A stretch of 64,000 nt of DNA from an uncultured Candidatus Binatia bacterium. GTDB taxonomy: Bacteria > Desulfobacterota > Binatia > UBA9968 > CAXXLF01. Positions 1 through 9,266 of this stretch are shown piece by piece. Made by a program: the position numbers and the translations under genes. The stretch is taken from NCBI GenBank assembly GCA_965218425.1, contig OZ244621.1, positions 2,752,001-2,816,000 on the forward strand, read 5' to 3'. Under the pieces are notes generated by a model, which saw only the letters and a list, made by a program, of their open reading frames with translations, ran no database searches and was not told where the DNA came from. How positions within the stretch are numbered: position 1 is the first letter of the stretch; each line of letters begins with the position of its first letter.

Positions 1-100
1 ACCGTGGGGTACAGATGGAATTGAGGCCCATAGATTTTGTGCTGCAGGACAACAAATTTGGGGTCCGGACGTGAAAGAATTTCTTAAGGAATTTATATAG
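1..100 (+). CDS. 3' end of a CDS entering the window, possibly an alpha/beta-hydrolase C-terminus
   Basis: Frame from nt 2 reads PWGTDGIEAHRFCAAGQQIWGPDVKEFLKEFI then TAG at 98-100. Confidence 0.45.
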   Translation, partial: PWGTDGIEAHRFCAAGQQIWGPDVKEFLKEFI

Positions 101-252
101 AAATAAACAAATTTGCCCGGCATTTGGTTGAACAAGAAAAGCTGGACTGCCACCGGAGGAAAGACCTTTCGTAAAACTCACACACATTCCATCTTCAAAA
201 AGAAAAGAATTAGAACGGTAATCAAGTGGTTGATAACACTAGAGAGGAGAGT

Positions 253-277
253 TGGTGGGACCACCTGGATTCGAACC
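253..277 (-). other. tRNA 3'-end fragment (T-arm + acceptor + CCA), probable att site of an integrative element
   Basis: Reverse complement is GGTTCGAATCCAGGTGGTCCCACCA; no anticodon or D arm upstream. Confidence 0.75.
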
Positions 278-431
278 GCGACAGCGAGAAAAACAAGGGT
301 AGGCGAAAAGGCTAGCAACTCCGCGTAGGTTCTGGGAAAGCTGGCTATTTATGCTGTTGGTCCACCATCCCAAAACGTTCCTCAAAAACCCCATTGATCC
401 CTTTAAAACCGAAACCGTTTCGGTGGAGGCC

Positions 432-551
432 GGCGTCGGGCCTGCCTTTTTGCTATTTTTGGTTTCCTCCCTTTTCGGATTCCGGCTTCTATCGCACCGA
501 TTCTCTCTTGGAATGTCCTGTCCGTTTGGACGCGGTGTTCTAAAGCATGGA
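432..551 (-). repeat. Repeat module A (RAYT-like 3' end) plus the last few nt of module B
   Basis: Near-identical to copies at 6627, 9030, 23472, 24897, 26073 and 34818; translates LEHRVQTDRTFQERIGAIEAGIRKGRKPKIAKRQA. Confidence 0.85.
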
Positions 552-571
552 CTGGGTGAAACGGGTATATT

Positions 572-1287
572 TTACGTTCGATGAGGGAGAAGCGTAGACC
601 TGATGCACGTCTGCTTAGCTCCAAAGCGGGATGTCTCGATGCTTTTGACGAAGCGCGGAAAGGCGCTGATAGCATCGAAAATGAACCGCGCCTCGGCCTG
701 GTCGATAAGGTCGTTGTCGTGGGCGAAAGACACGTTGTTGCGTATGTCATTGAACTGCTCGAAGACGCTGATGGCGCTCTTGATAATGCGCCGTGTGATC
801 TCGCGAAGTTCGCACTCCTGTTCGATCGCCTTGACATGCTTGCCGACCCGGCTTTGCAGCGGATCATTGCGATCCGAGGCGATGGCCCGCTCCCCAAGGA
901 GGTGAGCGAATTTCTTCATGCAATAGGTGTGCAGGCGATCAAGCGCTGCCGCCGCCTTCTATCCGGGAGATTAGATCAAAGAACCGCGTTGTTAGCGTGT
1001 CGGTTTCAGGGGAAAGGCTCTGGTAACGCGGCAGACTCTCCCCGTGCTGCCACAAGGCGCGTGCTACCTTCGCGACGGTGTATTCGTCCTCGGTCTTGAC
1101 GAAGGCTCGGAGACGCCTCGCCTTCGAGGGGCCGTTGAAGCGGTATTTCTCCTGATAAATTTCAATGCCGAATTCATCCTCGAAAAAATTCCGCCATTGT
1201 GCGGTCAGAGAAATCCGGCACGTAACCGTCATGCATGTCGAAAGCGTCATCGAAAACCCGCCATGCGGAGCGTTTCAGCGAAACCAT
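572..1287 (-). pseudogene. Abortive-infection (AbiJ-N / Abi_C type) protein, frameshifted
   Basis: MVSLKR..DAFDMHDGYVPDFSDRTMAEFF, frameshift, EDEFGIEIY..GPSKARRLRAF, second break, then FNDIRNNVSFAHDN (RN..AH HEPN-like motif). Confidence 0.7.
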
Positions 1288-1342
1288 GCGTCGCTCCCTG
1301 TAGTGCGCGGCGCTGGCCCTTCGGCCGATACGGCTGTGCCTT

Positions 1343-2743
1343 TCACCTGCTCCAGGCCTCTTGCCATGCCGTGAACTCGGACGGCCTGATCTGGTAGCGC
1401 GCGAAATTTCCCTCGTGCAGGCTCAGAAGCTCTCTCTCGGCGATCTCGCGAAACCGCTCGCGATCCTGCTGTTCGATATGCTCTTGTGTCCACGCGCTGA
1501 CGTGGGCGGTGGCCTGCTTCTTGTCCATGCGCCTGCGAACGACCGTGCCGACAACCTCGCGCAGCGCCGTCCGGTGCCGCATCCGAAATGGATCGGGCTC
1601 GCCCAGCGACTGCCTTACCGCAGCGTAGCGGGCGGCGGATCGCTTATAGGCCCAGATGAACACGTCGTGAAGCAACTCTATGCGGTTCAGTTCGTACACG
1701 CCGAGCACGGCTTCGGTATAGATGTCCCGCGGCACATCCTCGAAGGACAACGGCGATAGATTCGCCTTGATCAGTGGAATGTTTGCAGAGAGTCGCGACA
1801 CTCGCTTGTTGACATCATCGAACGGCTGCAAGTAGGGAAGCTGCGCCATTACGAAGAAGGCCTGCTCGAACGGATCGATGATCGCTGAGGCGGTGGCGAG
1901 AATCTGATCGAAGCACTCTTCGATGATCTGCGGCACTTCCAGCGGACGAAAGACCGAGCCTTCGATAGCGACGCCGATATGCCGGAGTCGGCCCGCCGCA
2001 TCCGGGTCGGCAAGCAGGTTGCCCGCCAGCAGCGCATGAAGGTTGAGAATAGTGTAGCGATTGAAACCGATCTCCTCCGCCGCGCCGACCAGAAACTCGA
2101 TCGCGTCCTTGTGGTTAAGGATCATCTGCGCCTCGATTCGTTGCTTCCCTTCCGCTTCTTTGCCAAGATCGATCAAACGCTTGGTATCGAGCAGCGAATA
2201 GGTGTTGCCCTCAAGACGGCTTGAGTTCCAGGATAGATCGATCAGCAGCCTGTTCAAAATCTGCTTGGCATAGGTCCCGGCGGGCTGTTCGGCGATCTTC
2301 GGCCTGCCGGCCTCCTCGAGGAGCGCTCGGTCCGCTCGCGAGAGATAGAAGGTGTCGTTGGGCCGGTACGAATCGAGGAACGCGCGGTCATAGCCAACCG
2401 GCATACGGGCCTCGGGCGGCCGGCGGACATACTCCTGAATCTCGGCGCCGGGCTCGGAGAGTGGCGGCAAGACTTCGAGCCGCGCACTGGCTGTGGAGTT
2501 TCCCGCGCCCGCTCGGACCGCTCGCCAGATCACTCGTGGCACGCGATAGCGCGCCCAGCGGCCCTTGCCCTCCATAACCAGGCGCTTGCTGTCGACGAGG
2601 GACTTGAGGCGGTATTGCAGGGTCCGGCGTGGCGGAGCGGACTCCAGCGCATCGTTGATCTGCTGAGCGGTCATGCCTTCCGGGCGCTGCCGCATAGCCT
2701 CCTCGATCGCCTGCAAATACTCTTCCTGAATGCGCTTTGCCAC
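1343..2743 (-). CDS. Fic family protein with N-terminal winged HTH
   Basis: SWNSSRLEGN and variant Fic motif LQPFDDVNKRVSR; N-terminal RRTLQYRLKSLV HTH. Confidence 0.9.
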   Translation of the reverse strand: MAKRIQEEYLQAIEEAMRQRPEGMTAQQINDALESAPPRRTLQYRLKSLVDSKRLVMEGKGRWARYRVPRVIWRAVRAGAGNSTASARLEVLPPLSEPGAEIQEYVRRPPEARMPVGYDRAFLDSYRPNDTFYLSRADRALLEEAGRPKIAEQPAGTYAKQILNRLLIDLSWNSSRLEGNTYSLLDTKRLIDLGKEAEGKQRIEAQMILNHKDAIEFLVGAAEEIGFNRYTILNLHALLAGNLLADPDAAGRLRHIGVAIEGSVFRPLEVPQIIEECFDQILATASAIIDPFEQAFFVMAQLPYLQPFDDVNKRVSRLSANIPLIKANLSPLSFEDVPRDIYTEAVLGVYELNRIELLHDVFIWAYKRSAARYAAVRQSLGEPDPFRMRHRTALREVVGTVVRRRMDKKQATAHVSAWTQEHIEQQDRERFREIAERELLSLHEGNFARYQIRPSEFTAWQEAWSR

Positions 2744-2998
2744 CTTGTTTCTCTTTATTCTGCGTAAGCTTTTTCACTCAATTTAAACCATTTACGCGCA
2801 ACTTCCAAGTTTATACGCAAAACTTCCTGCGCATATCCTCTAATCTTGCGTATGGGACGTTAGGCGCAGGTTTGATGCAACCATTTCCATCAAAGCGAAG
2901 CTGCGCAGGCAAAGCCCGGAGTCCATGTTCTGCCCACGGCCGGGTACTATTCAGCCCAACCCTCGGAGAGTTCAAAAGCCTCCCGGGCGGCGGTCGAC

Positions 2999-3217
2999 AA
3001 AGGGGTCAAGCTCCGGCACGATGGCGGTTGTAGTGGCCGTCAAACCTGAAAGGAGAAGACCCCATGCTTTACGTCGGGATAGACCATCACTAACGATACG
3101 CTTAGGTATGCCATCAACGAGAAATGGACAGGACATTCCAAAAGAGAATCGGCACGATGCAAGCTGGAATCCGAAAGGGAAGGAAACCTAAAATAGCAAT
3201 AAGGCAAGCCCGAGCCC
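2999..3217 (+). repeat. Repeat modules B+A (IS110 leader/5' fragment fused to RAYT-like 3' end), internally deleted
   Basis: AGGGGTCAAGCTCC..GAAAGGAGAAGACCCCATGCTTTACGTCGGG.. followed by GGACAGGACATTCC..AAGGCAAGCCCGAGCCC. Confidence 0.85.
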
Positions 3218-3319
3218 GCAATGCTATTCTGATGTCGCAACGGCAATGCGGAGTTCGGGGATGCTCATACATAGCTTGACTCACACACCGAAGACCCGCG
3301 TCAAGATTTTTCTCAAACT

Positions 3320-3820
3320 TTAATACTTGATCATGGAGAAAATGATCGAAGGCACCAGTGGTTCACCGGCCGGCTGGATAGCTTCAATGCACATATTCGC
3401 CTTTGGGTTATTGGCTGACATCATGACTTCTAAAACATCACCCGCCTTCAGTGGGACGATTCCCTGCGATATGATGACGTCTTTCGCCATGCTGTCGGCA
3501 TCCTGACACAGCTGTACATTGGAATTCGCTACATCCTTCCCATTGACACGCAACCACAAGTCAAAACACCCAAGGGGTCCTCCACCTTCGCGGCCAACTT
3601 GGGGCGCAGCGACTATCAGATAGGCTCCAGCTTCACTCACGGTGATTTTGTTGTTTTTTATGGCAAGGCCATTGGCTGCATCCGTTATATCCATTTTAAC
3701 CACCTCGGGTGCCTTGCCCGGGCACTGGGTAATCGTTGAGGATGCCTGCAAATACTGGGCGGCGCTTGCCATACTCACGGATGCCAAAAATACAAACAGT
3801 GTAGAGATAATCTTCTTCAT
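3320..3820 (-). CDS. Secreted protein, possibly C1q/TNF-like beta fold
   Basis: Signal peptide MKKIISTLFVFLASVSMASA; ITVSEAGAYLI..LWLRVNGKDVANS..VPLKAGDVLEV pattern. Confidence 0.6.
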   Translation of the reverse strand: MKKIISTLFVFLASVSMASAAQYLQASSTITQCPGKAPEVVKMDITDAANGLAIKNNKITVSEAGAYLIVAAPQVGREGGGPLGCFDLWLRVNGKDVANSNVQLCQDADSMAKDVIISQGIVPLKAGDVLEVMMSANNPKANMCIEAIQPAGEPLVPSIIFSMIKY

Positions 3821-4715
3821 GCTCTTTCGCTCCTTTCCAATAAGAAAACCTGTTCGAATCGGAATTTGGCACGTGAACCAAACTTTATATAGATCCGCTT
3901 CGGCTGTCAAGAACACGTCTGAATTGTCTGCCTGCTTCGGTTCTGACCCCGGATTTCGAGGCCGGGGCCGCTCGGGATGCCCGCCGAAAAGGATCACCAC
4001 AAGCGGGAGTGGGTAACGGGAAATGCGGTCCTCTCAATGGGAAGGCACCGGAGCGCGGCGCGGATCGGTGTTGCCTTTACCACTCTCCGCGTTGCGTTAT
4101 GTGGGCGTAAACGAGTTAGCTTCCAGAGTGTCCATCATTTCGTTCGCAAGACATGCCCACTTCTACTCGGGATGGCGGCGTTCCAATGAGGGGGGATTCG
4201 TGAGGCGCTGCCTGCCCCGATTTAACGGCCCTTTAAGGCCCGTTTTTCGAGCCCTGAATGCCCTTTAAAATCCAGCCGGTTTCCGGCCCGTTTCTATCTA
4301 ATTTTGTCGGAATTTCCAATTATTTCCATCCGCCCACAACGCCGCAGCCCAAGTCGCGGGGGTCATCGCAAAAGTCGTGGGATTCAAGGCCGAGCCGCTG
4401 CCGTTGCAGGCTGAGGCCGAAGCGTTCCATGGGACAGAAAGACGGGGCGGCGCCGAGGGTGAGTACGCGCGGACCGCGCCCCCAGATCCATGGGACACTC
4501 CCCCGGATGGAGACCGAAGAAACTCCAAGCCGTCACCTGGCGATCTGCGAAAAAACAGGATGACACGCGGCACCCTCGCCCCGGACAATCTGAATTGGCG
4601 CTGATTCCCGAACCACCTTGGGCCTGCTTGGTCCGATTGCGTCGGCTGGTCCACTCGATCTCGGCCGGGGTGGGCCAAGGTATTGCGTAATGGCCGCCGG
4701 GGACATGATGGATGC

Positions 4716-4843
4716 GCGTACCGTCGCAGGCGCCAACGCCGTCATCGCCCTGCGATGTTGCAAACTCAGCGGACGCTTCGAGAACTTCCGGGAACGACGG
4801 GCCACCGCCGGAAAACGCACGATCACAAATCCGACCTGCGCCC
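4716..4843 (+). mobile_element. Remnant 3' end of an ISKra4-like transposase with its terminal repeat
   Basis: TVAGANAVIALRCCKLSGRFENFRERRA followed by ATCACAAATCCGACCTGCGCCC. Confidence 0.55.
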
Positions 4844-4879
4844 GCAAGCCGGACAGAAAGGGATAAACCGCGTATGGGT

Positions 4880-6460
4880 TTACCGCAGTACGAACTGAAC
4901 CGGGACAACCAGCACAACCTGTGTCCGATCCAAGCTGTCAGGAATCCGTGGTAGCGGCTGAGCGCGTTTGATCATTGCAATAGCCGCCCGGTCCAATAAA
5001 TCATAGCCGCTGCTCCTCTTGATCCGGTAATCCCGCAAGCGCCCGTCTCGATCTATCACGAAATAGAGATAAACCGTGCCTTCTTGACGGCGAGATCGGG
5101 CTCTTCTGGGATATTCTTTGTATTTCTCCAACCATGCTTGCAGCCGCGCCATGTAATCCGCCCGTGCGCCGGCCATGCCGCCGTCGCCGATGGAGCTGGG
5201 ACCGGCCCCGGCACCCGATCGGCCAAGCGCACCCGGTACCGCAACCGATTCGATTTCCACGGCAGTCGCAACGGTCTCGGCCCGCGCGGCCTCGACAAGG
5301 GTCGCGGCGGCCGGGGTCACCGCCTCCACCTCCAGGGGATCCCGTGGCGGCGCACCGGTCTCCTCAGCCAGGCGCGGCGCCAAAGTCGGCCCGGGCGACG
5401 TCGCTTCGACCAACTCCGCAGGCGACGCCTGTTCTACCGGCTGTGGCGCAACCGATCCGATCTCCACGGCAGTCGCGGCGGTCTCGGCCCGCGCGGCCTC
5501 GACAAGGGTCGTGGCGGCCGGGGTCACCGCCTCCACCTCCAGGGGATCCCGTGGCGGCGCACCGGCCTCCTCAGCCAGGCGCGGCGCCAAAGTCGGCCCG
5601 GGCGACGTCGCTTCGACCAACTCCGCAGGCGACGCCTGTTCTACCGGCTGTGGCGCAACCGATCCGATCTCCACGGCAGTCCCGGCGGTCTCGGCCCGCG
5701 CGGTTTCGACAAGGGTCGCGGCGGCCGGGGTCACCGCCTCCACCTCCAGGGGATCCCGTGGCGGCGCACCGGTCTCCTCAGCCAGGCGCGGCGCCAAAGT
5801 CGGCCCGGGCGACGTCGCTTCGACCAACTCCGCAGGCGACGCCTGTTCTACCGGCTGTGGCGCAACCGATCCGATCTCCACGGCAGTCGCGGCGGTCTCG
5901 GCCCGCGCGGCTTCGACAAGGGTCGTGGCGGCCGGGGTCACCGCCTCCACCTCCAGGGGATCCCGTGGCGGCGCACCGGCCTCCTCAGCCAGGCGCGGCG
6001 CCAAAGTCGGCCCGGGCGACGTCGCTTCGACCAACTCTGCAGGCGACGCCTGTTCTACCGGCTGTGGCGCAACCGATCCGATCTCTACGGCAGTCCCGGC
6101 GGTCTCGGCCCGCGCGGCCTCGATCTCGGCTGGCTTCACCATCTCCGGCACGACGGGTTCTACGGCCAGTGCCGGAACCGGCGCCGGTGACATTGTGACC
6201 GTCTTTTCACTAGGTCCTTGCAGGGCGGTTTCGGTGGCGACCACCCGCTCCGCCTCAAGTATCCTCGTGATCGTTCCGGCAACGCTGCCTGGTTGAGCGA
6301 CGGCAGAGCCAAGCGATATCTCGATCCCGGCCGGTTCGGTGCTCTCGGTACTTTCGGTCCAGCGGATATTCGGCTGCCACAACAGTCCCGCCATCACGAT
6401 GACATGCATCAGCACGGCCGATGAAAACGCCATCATCCAATGGTACCGGCCGATTCGCAT
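4880..6460 (-). CDS. tonB: Energy transducer TonB with long repetitive linker
   Basis: N-terminal TM with SxxxH; C-terminal YPRRARSRRQEGTVYLYFVIDRDG..SSGYDLLDRAA TonB_C domain. Confidence 0.9.
   Translation of the reverse strand: MRIGRYHWMMAFSSAVLMHVIVMAGLLWQPNIRWTESTESTEPAGIEISLGSAVAQPGSVAGTITRILEAERVVATETALQGPSEKTVTMSPAPVPALAVEPVVPEMVKPAEIEAARAETAGTAVEIGSVAPQPVEQASPAELVEATSPGPTLAPRLAEEAGAPPRDPLEVEAVTPAATTLVEAARAETAATAVEIGSVAPQPVEQASPAELVEATSPGPTLAPRLAEETGAPPRDPLEVEAVTPAAATLVETARAETAGTAVEIGSVAPQPVEQASPAELVEATSPGPTLAPRLAEEAGAPPRDPLEVEAVTPAATTLVEAARAETAATAVEIGSVAPQPVEQASPAELVEATSPGPTLAPRLAEETGAPPRDPLEVEAVTPAAATLVEAARAETVATAVEIESVAVPGALGRSGAGAGPSSIGDGGMAGARADYMARLQAWLEKYKEYPRRARSRRQEGTVYLYFVIDRDGRLRDYRIKRSSGYDLLDRAAIAMIKRAQPLPRIPDSLDRTQVVLVVPVQFVLR
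5244..6123 (-). repeat. 207-bp (69-aa) tandem repeat, about 4.2 copies, inside tonB
   Basis: ACCGATCCGATCT recurs at 5451, 5658, 5865 and 6072. Confidence 0.95.
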
Positions 6461-6528
6461 CAGCGTTTTCCGGGCAAGGTGAGAAGGTGGAGTTTCTCAA
6501 CTCCGGCATCGCGCAACAACTCCATCAC
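6460..6528 (-). pseudogene. exbD: C-terminal stub of ExbD/TolR, truncated at the module C end
   Basis: VMELLRDAGVEKLHLLTLPGKR* with TGATG overlap into tonB; 5' part replaced by ..GATTTGACCCCTT. Confidence 0.75.
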
Positions 6529-6529
6529 A

Positions 6530-6905
6530 AAGGGGTCAAATCTTTTGTTGACAAATAACATCTTCCGGATTTTCCCGCCGCCTCCGAAATCTTCCAGCCG
6601 CCCCGCGCTTTAAGTGAATCCCAAAATCGGCGTCATGCTCGCCTTCTTGCTATTCTGGGTTTCCTTTCCTCTCGGATTCCGGCTTGCATCGTGCCGATTC
6701 TCTTTTGGAATGTCCTGTCCGTTTGCACGCGGTGTTCTAAAGCATGTATGCGATCCTATCTCGTCGATTGCATTTTCCCGGGCGTATCGTTTGTGATGGT
6801 CTAACCCGACGTAAAGCATGGGGTCTGCTCCTTTCAGGTTTGACGGCCGTTGCAACCGCCATCCTGCTGGAGCTTGCCCCCTTTTTCATGTTGCCTGATC
6901 CCGAT
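6530..6905. repeat. Composite repeat: module C (+) then modules A and B (-)
   Basis: AAGGGGTCAAATCTTTTGTTGACA..CTTTAAGTGAATCCC, then AAAATCGGCGTCA and the reverse complement of B+A. Confidence 0.9.
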
Positions 6906-7052
6906 TTCTGATCGTCGGGGTGTCTCGACACTCCCCCAGTCTCCGCCGGAACAAAGATCCCAAGACCGCCACACCACGATCACCCGGAAGGCCGATCACG
7001 AAACCCACGCCGCCCATAAAGGCGGGCAAGACGCGGAGATCGACGGTCGTCA

Positions 7053-7451
7053 TTACGAGACGCCCAGGATGAGCCCCAGCGCCATCGTGGCAATCGCTAT
7101 CGTCGCGACGCCCCAGACGATACTGCGAAGCCAGCCGACTCCTGTGGCATAAGCGGGCAGGTAGACGACCCGGCTGCCGAACCATATCCACCCGCCGTAT
7201 GAGGTCAGTTCGTTGGCGCGGCCGGACAGCTCGGCGGCAATGAGCACCGCCAGGGCGGCGGGCAGCGTTTCGAGGTAATTCGCGAACGCGCGCCGCATGC
7301 GGCCGCTCAACGGGGTCTCGCGTGGCGGACCGTCACGAGCGCCGAACGCCCAAGCGTTTCCCGCGGCGCCCCATTGCGTCAATCCATGTGCGATGAGATG
7401 GACAAACAACCACGCTCCCGCAAGCACGATCAGCAGGACTTCGTCGGTCAC
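7053..7451 (-). CDS. MAPEG family membrane protein
   Basis: GRMRRAFANYLETLP..SRVVYLPAYATGVGWLRS; SD GGAGG before GTG. Confidence 0.85.
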   Translation of the reverse strand: MTDEVLLIVLAGAWLFVHLIAHGLTQWGAAGNAWAFGARDGPPRETPLSGRMRRAFANYLETLPAALAVLIAAELSGRANELTSYGGWIWFGSRVVYLPAYATGVGWLRSIVWGVATIAIATMALGLILGVS

Positions 7452-7721
7452 TGTTTCCTCCCTTCGACCTTGACTACGTTTTGCCGCAAGGCGGCCTTTG
7501 ACGGCCACTCGGGCTTGGCGTCAAGGCTCACGTCCTCCTCGGCTTGGCCCTCGTTGGCCGATAGTTGTACAGCCTCACCGTCACGGTGGGGCGGTCATCG
7601 GATTCAGGCATGGGGCCTCCCGAAAGGGCAGGAGTCATGTCGCCGCCACTTCTTTATTAGGTTTATATTATGACACAAATAAAACCATTGATGCATCAAG
7701 AACCGCTGACAATCCGGAAAG

Positions 7722-7848
7722 AAGAGTTACGGTGCTTTAGGCCGGGCGTGCCATGGGATTCACTTAAAGCGTGAGGCGGCTGGAAGATTTCGCAGGCGGC
7801 TGGAAGATCCGGAAGATGTTATTTGTCAACAAAAGATTTGAACCCTTT
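7722..7848 (-). repeat. Repeat module C (RAYT-like 5' end)
   Basis: Reverse complement AAAGGGTTCAAATCTTTTGTTGACA..CTTTAAGTGAATCCC ATG GCA CGC CCG GCC. Confidence 0.9.
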
Positions 7849-7953
7849 ACCGGCAATCTCCACGGTGTCGGAGTCGATGAGGCGAGTCGCGCCGGTCGGA
7901 GTTTCGGCACTGGCAGGCGCCACGCGCAGTAGGGCCGGCAAAGCAGTTCTCAT
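7848..7953 (-). pseudogene. N-terminal stub of a thermonuclease (SNase) family protein, cut at module C
   Basis: MRTALPALLRVAPASAETPTGATRLIDSDTVEIAG resembles the G..RVIDGDTIEI motif. Confidence 0.55.
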
Positions 7954-7996
7954 AATTGGACTCTTCTTAGAGAAACGTGCTGAGACACGGCGAGAC

Positions 7997-8698
7997 CTAC
8001 TTGTCCTTCAGTTGCTCCCAGGTCTTCGGTTGCCATTCCACCGCCAACAGATGGGCTTGTCCGACTTGTGAAGCAGTCATCTTCTTCGCCAGTTCGTCTC
8101 TCGCTAATCGGTAGTCCTTCGCTCTCTCTGTAGTTAGTGAGGCTGCCAAGATAAACCACTTGTGGGCTTGGACGTAGTCCTGGGGCACGCCCTGGCCGTT
8201 GGCATACATGAGACCGAGGTTGTATTGGGCGCTGGCATACCCCTGCTCGGCGGCCTTGCGGGACCAACTCACCGCCTCCTGGTAGTCCTGAGGCACGCCC
8301 TGGCCGTTGTGGTACATGACACCGAGGTTGTGTTGGGCGCTGGCCTTCCCCTGCTCGGCGGCCTTGCGGAACCAACTCACCGCCTCTTGGTAGTCCTGGG
8401 GCACGCCATGGCCGTTGGCATACATGAGACCGAGGTTGTATTGGGCGCCGGCGACCCCCTGCTCGGCGGCCTTGCGGAACCAACTCACCGCCTCTGAATA
8501 GTCCTGGGGCACGCCCTTGCCGTTGAGGTAAATGACACCGAGGTTGTATTGGGCGCTAGAGTCACCCTGCTCGGCTCGGCGGCGCAATTCCGTGAGCGAA
8601 GCCGCGTCCTGTCCGAACACCCAAGGCGTGATTAACATCAACGCCAGCACGGAAAGGGCAAGAATCGTCGTCTGTCTCATTTTTATCCGTTTAATCAC
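7997..8698 (-). CDS. Secreted Sel1-repeat protein
   Basis: Four 36-aa AQYNLGxMYxNGxGVPQDY..WFRKAAEQG repeats; signal peptide. Confidence 0.95.
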   Translation of the reverse strand: MIKRIKMRQTTILALSVLALMLITPWVFGQDAASLTELRRRAEQGDSSAQYNLGVIYLNGKGVPQDYSEAVSWFRKAAEQGVAGAQYNLGLMYANGHGVPQDYQEAVSWFRKAAEQGKASAQHNLGVMYHNGQGVPQDYQEAVSWSRKAAEQGYASAQYNLGLMYANGQGVPQDYVQAHKWFILAASLTTERAKDYRLARDELAKKMTASQVGQAHLLAVEWQPKTWEQLKDK

Positions 8699-8774
8699 TT
8701 GTCAGAGCAATCAAGATTGGGAAGGGAGATGATCTTTGGCGGTGTCTCAGTTCCCTTTAAATCGGTCAGTATCA

Positions 8775-8990
8775 GCCCGGCCCGCGAACCGCTCTTCGCG
8801 GTACAGCCGTCCGTTGGCCCGCTCGCGCTCGTCCGTCTCCTGCCGGTAGAAGCGCGGGGCGGCCTTGTGTCCGAGTTCCCCGGTGTCCCCGGCATAGCAG
8901 CCCCTTGCGCTCGATGTTATCGAACTTCGCGCTGGCCGATTGGCCCCCGGCTCGGCTACCTACGCTCACCTTCAGGTGATACACCGCCAT
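8775..8990 (-). pseudogene. mobA: MobA/MobL (MOBQ) relaxase N-terminal fragment
   Basis: MAVYHLKVSVGSRAGGQSASAKFDNIERKG, then frameshifted ERANGRLYRE, as in RSF1010 MobA. Confidence 0.8.
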
Positions 8991-9029
8991 GACTATCCTT
9001 CCGCCCTCTGCCAAAGGACCGCACGAAAC

Positions 9030-9195
9030 CCGGAGTCATGCCTGCCCTCTTGCTATTCTGGGTTCCCTTCCCTTTCGGATTCCGGCTTGCATTATACCGA
9101 TTCTCTTGTGCAACGTCCTGTCCATCTGGACGCGGCGTTCCAACCAGCGCAACCCACGGCTCATCACTCCGGGATCACGGCTTGAATATCGGTGT
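9030..9195 (-). repeat. Repeat module A, long form
   Basis: RYSSRDPGVMSRGLRWLERRVQMDRTLHKRIGIMQAGIRKGREPRIARGQA* ending GCATGACTCCGG. Confidence 0.85.
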
Positions 9196-9266
9196 AGGCG
9201 GACGGAAATAAGAGGCGCCCCCCGATAGGACCGCACCCCCATCCCGCGCGCGCACTTCTCAAGCGT

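Noticed and set aside
421..440. Second tRNA/tmRNA-like 3' end (rc CCCGACGCCGGCCTCCACCG)
   Set aside because: Too short, lacks a T-loop and overlaps the degenerate end of module A
5084..6296. Three long plus-strand ORFs
   Set aside because: Antisense shadows of the GC-rich tonB repeat
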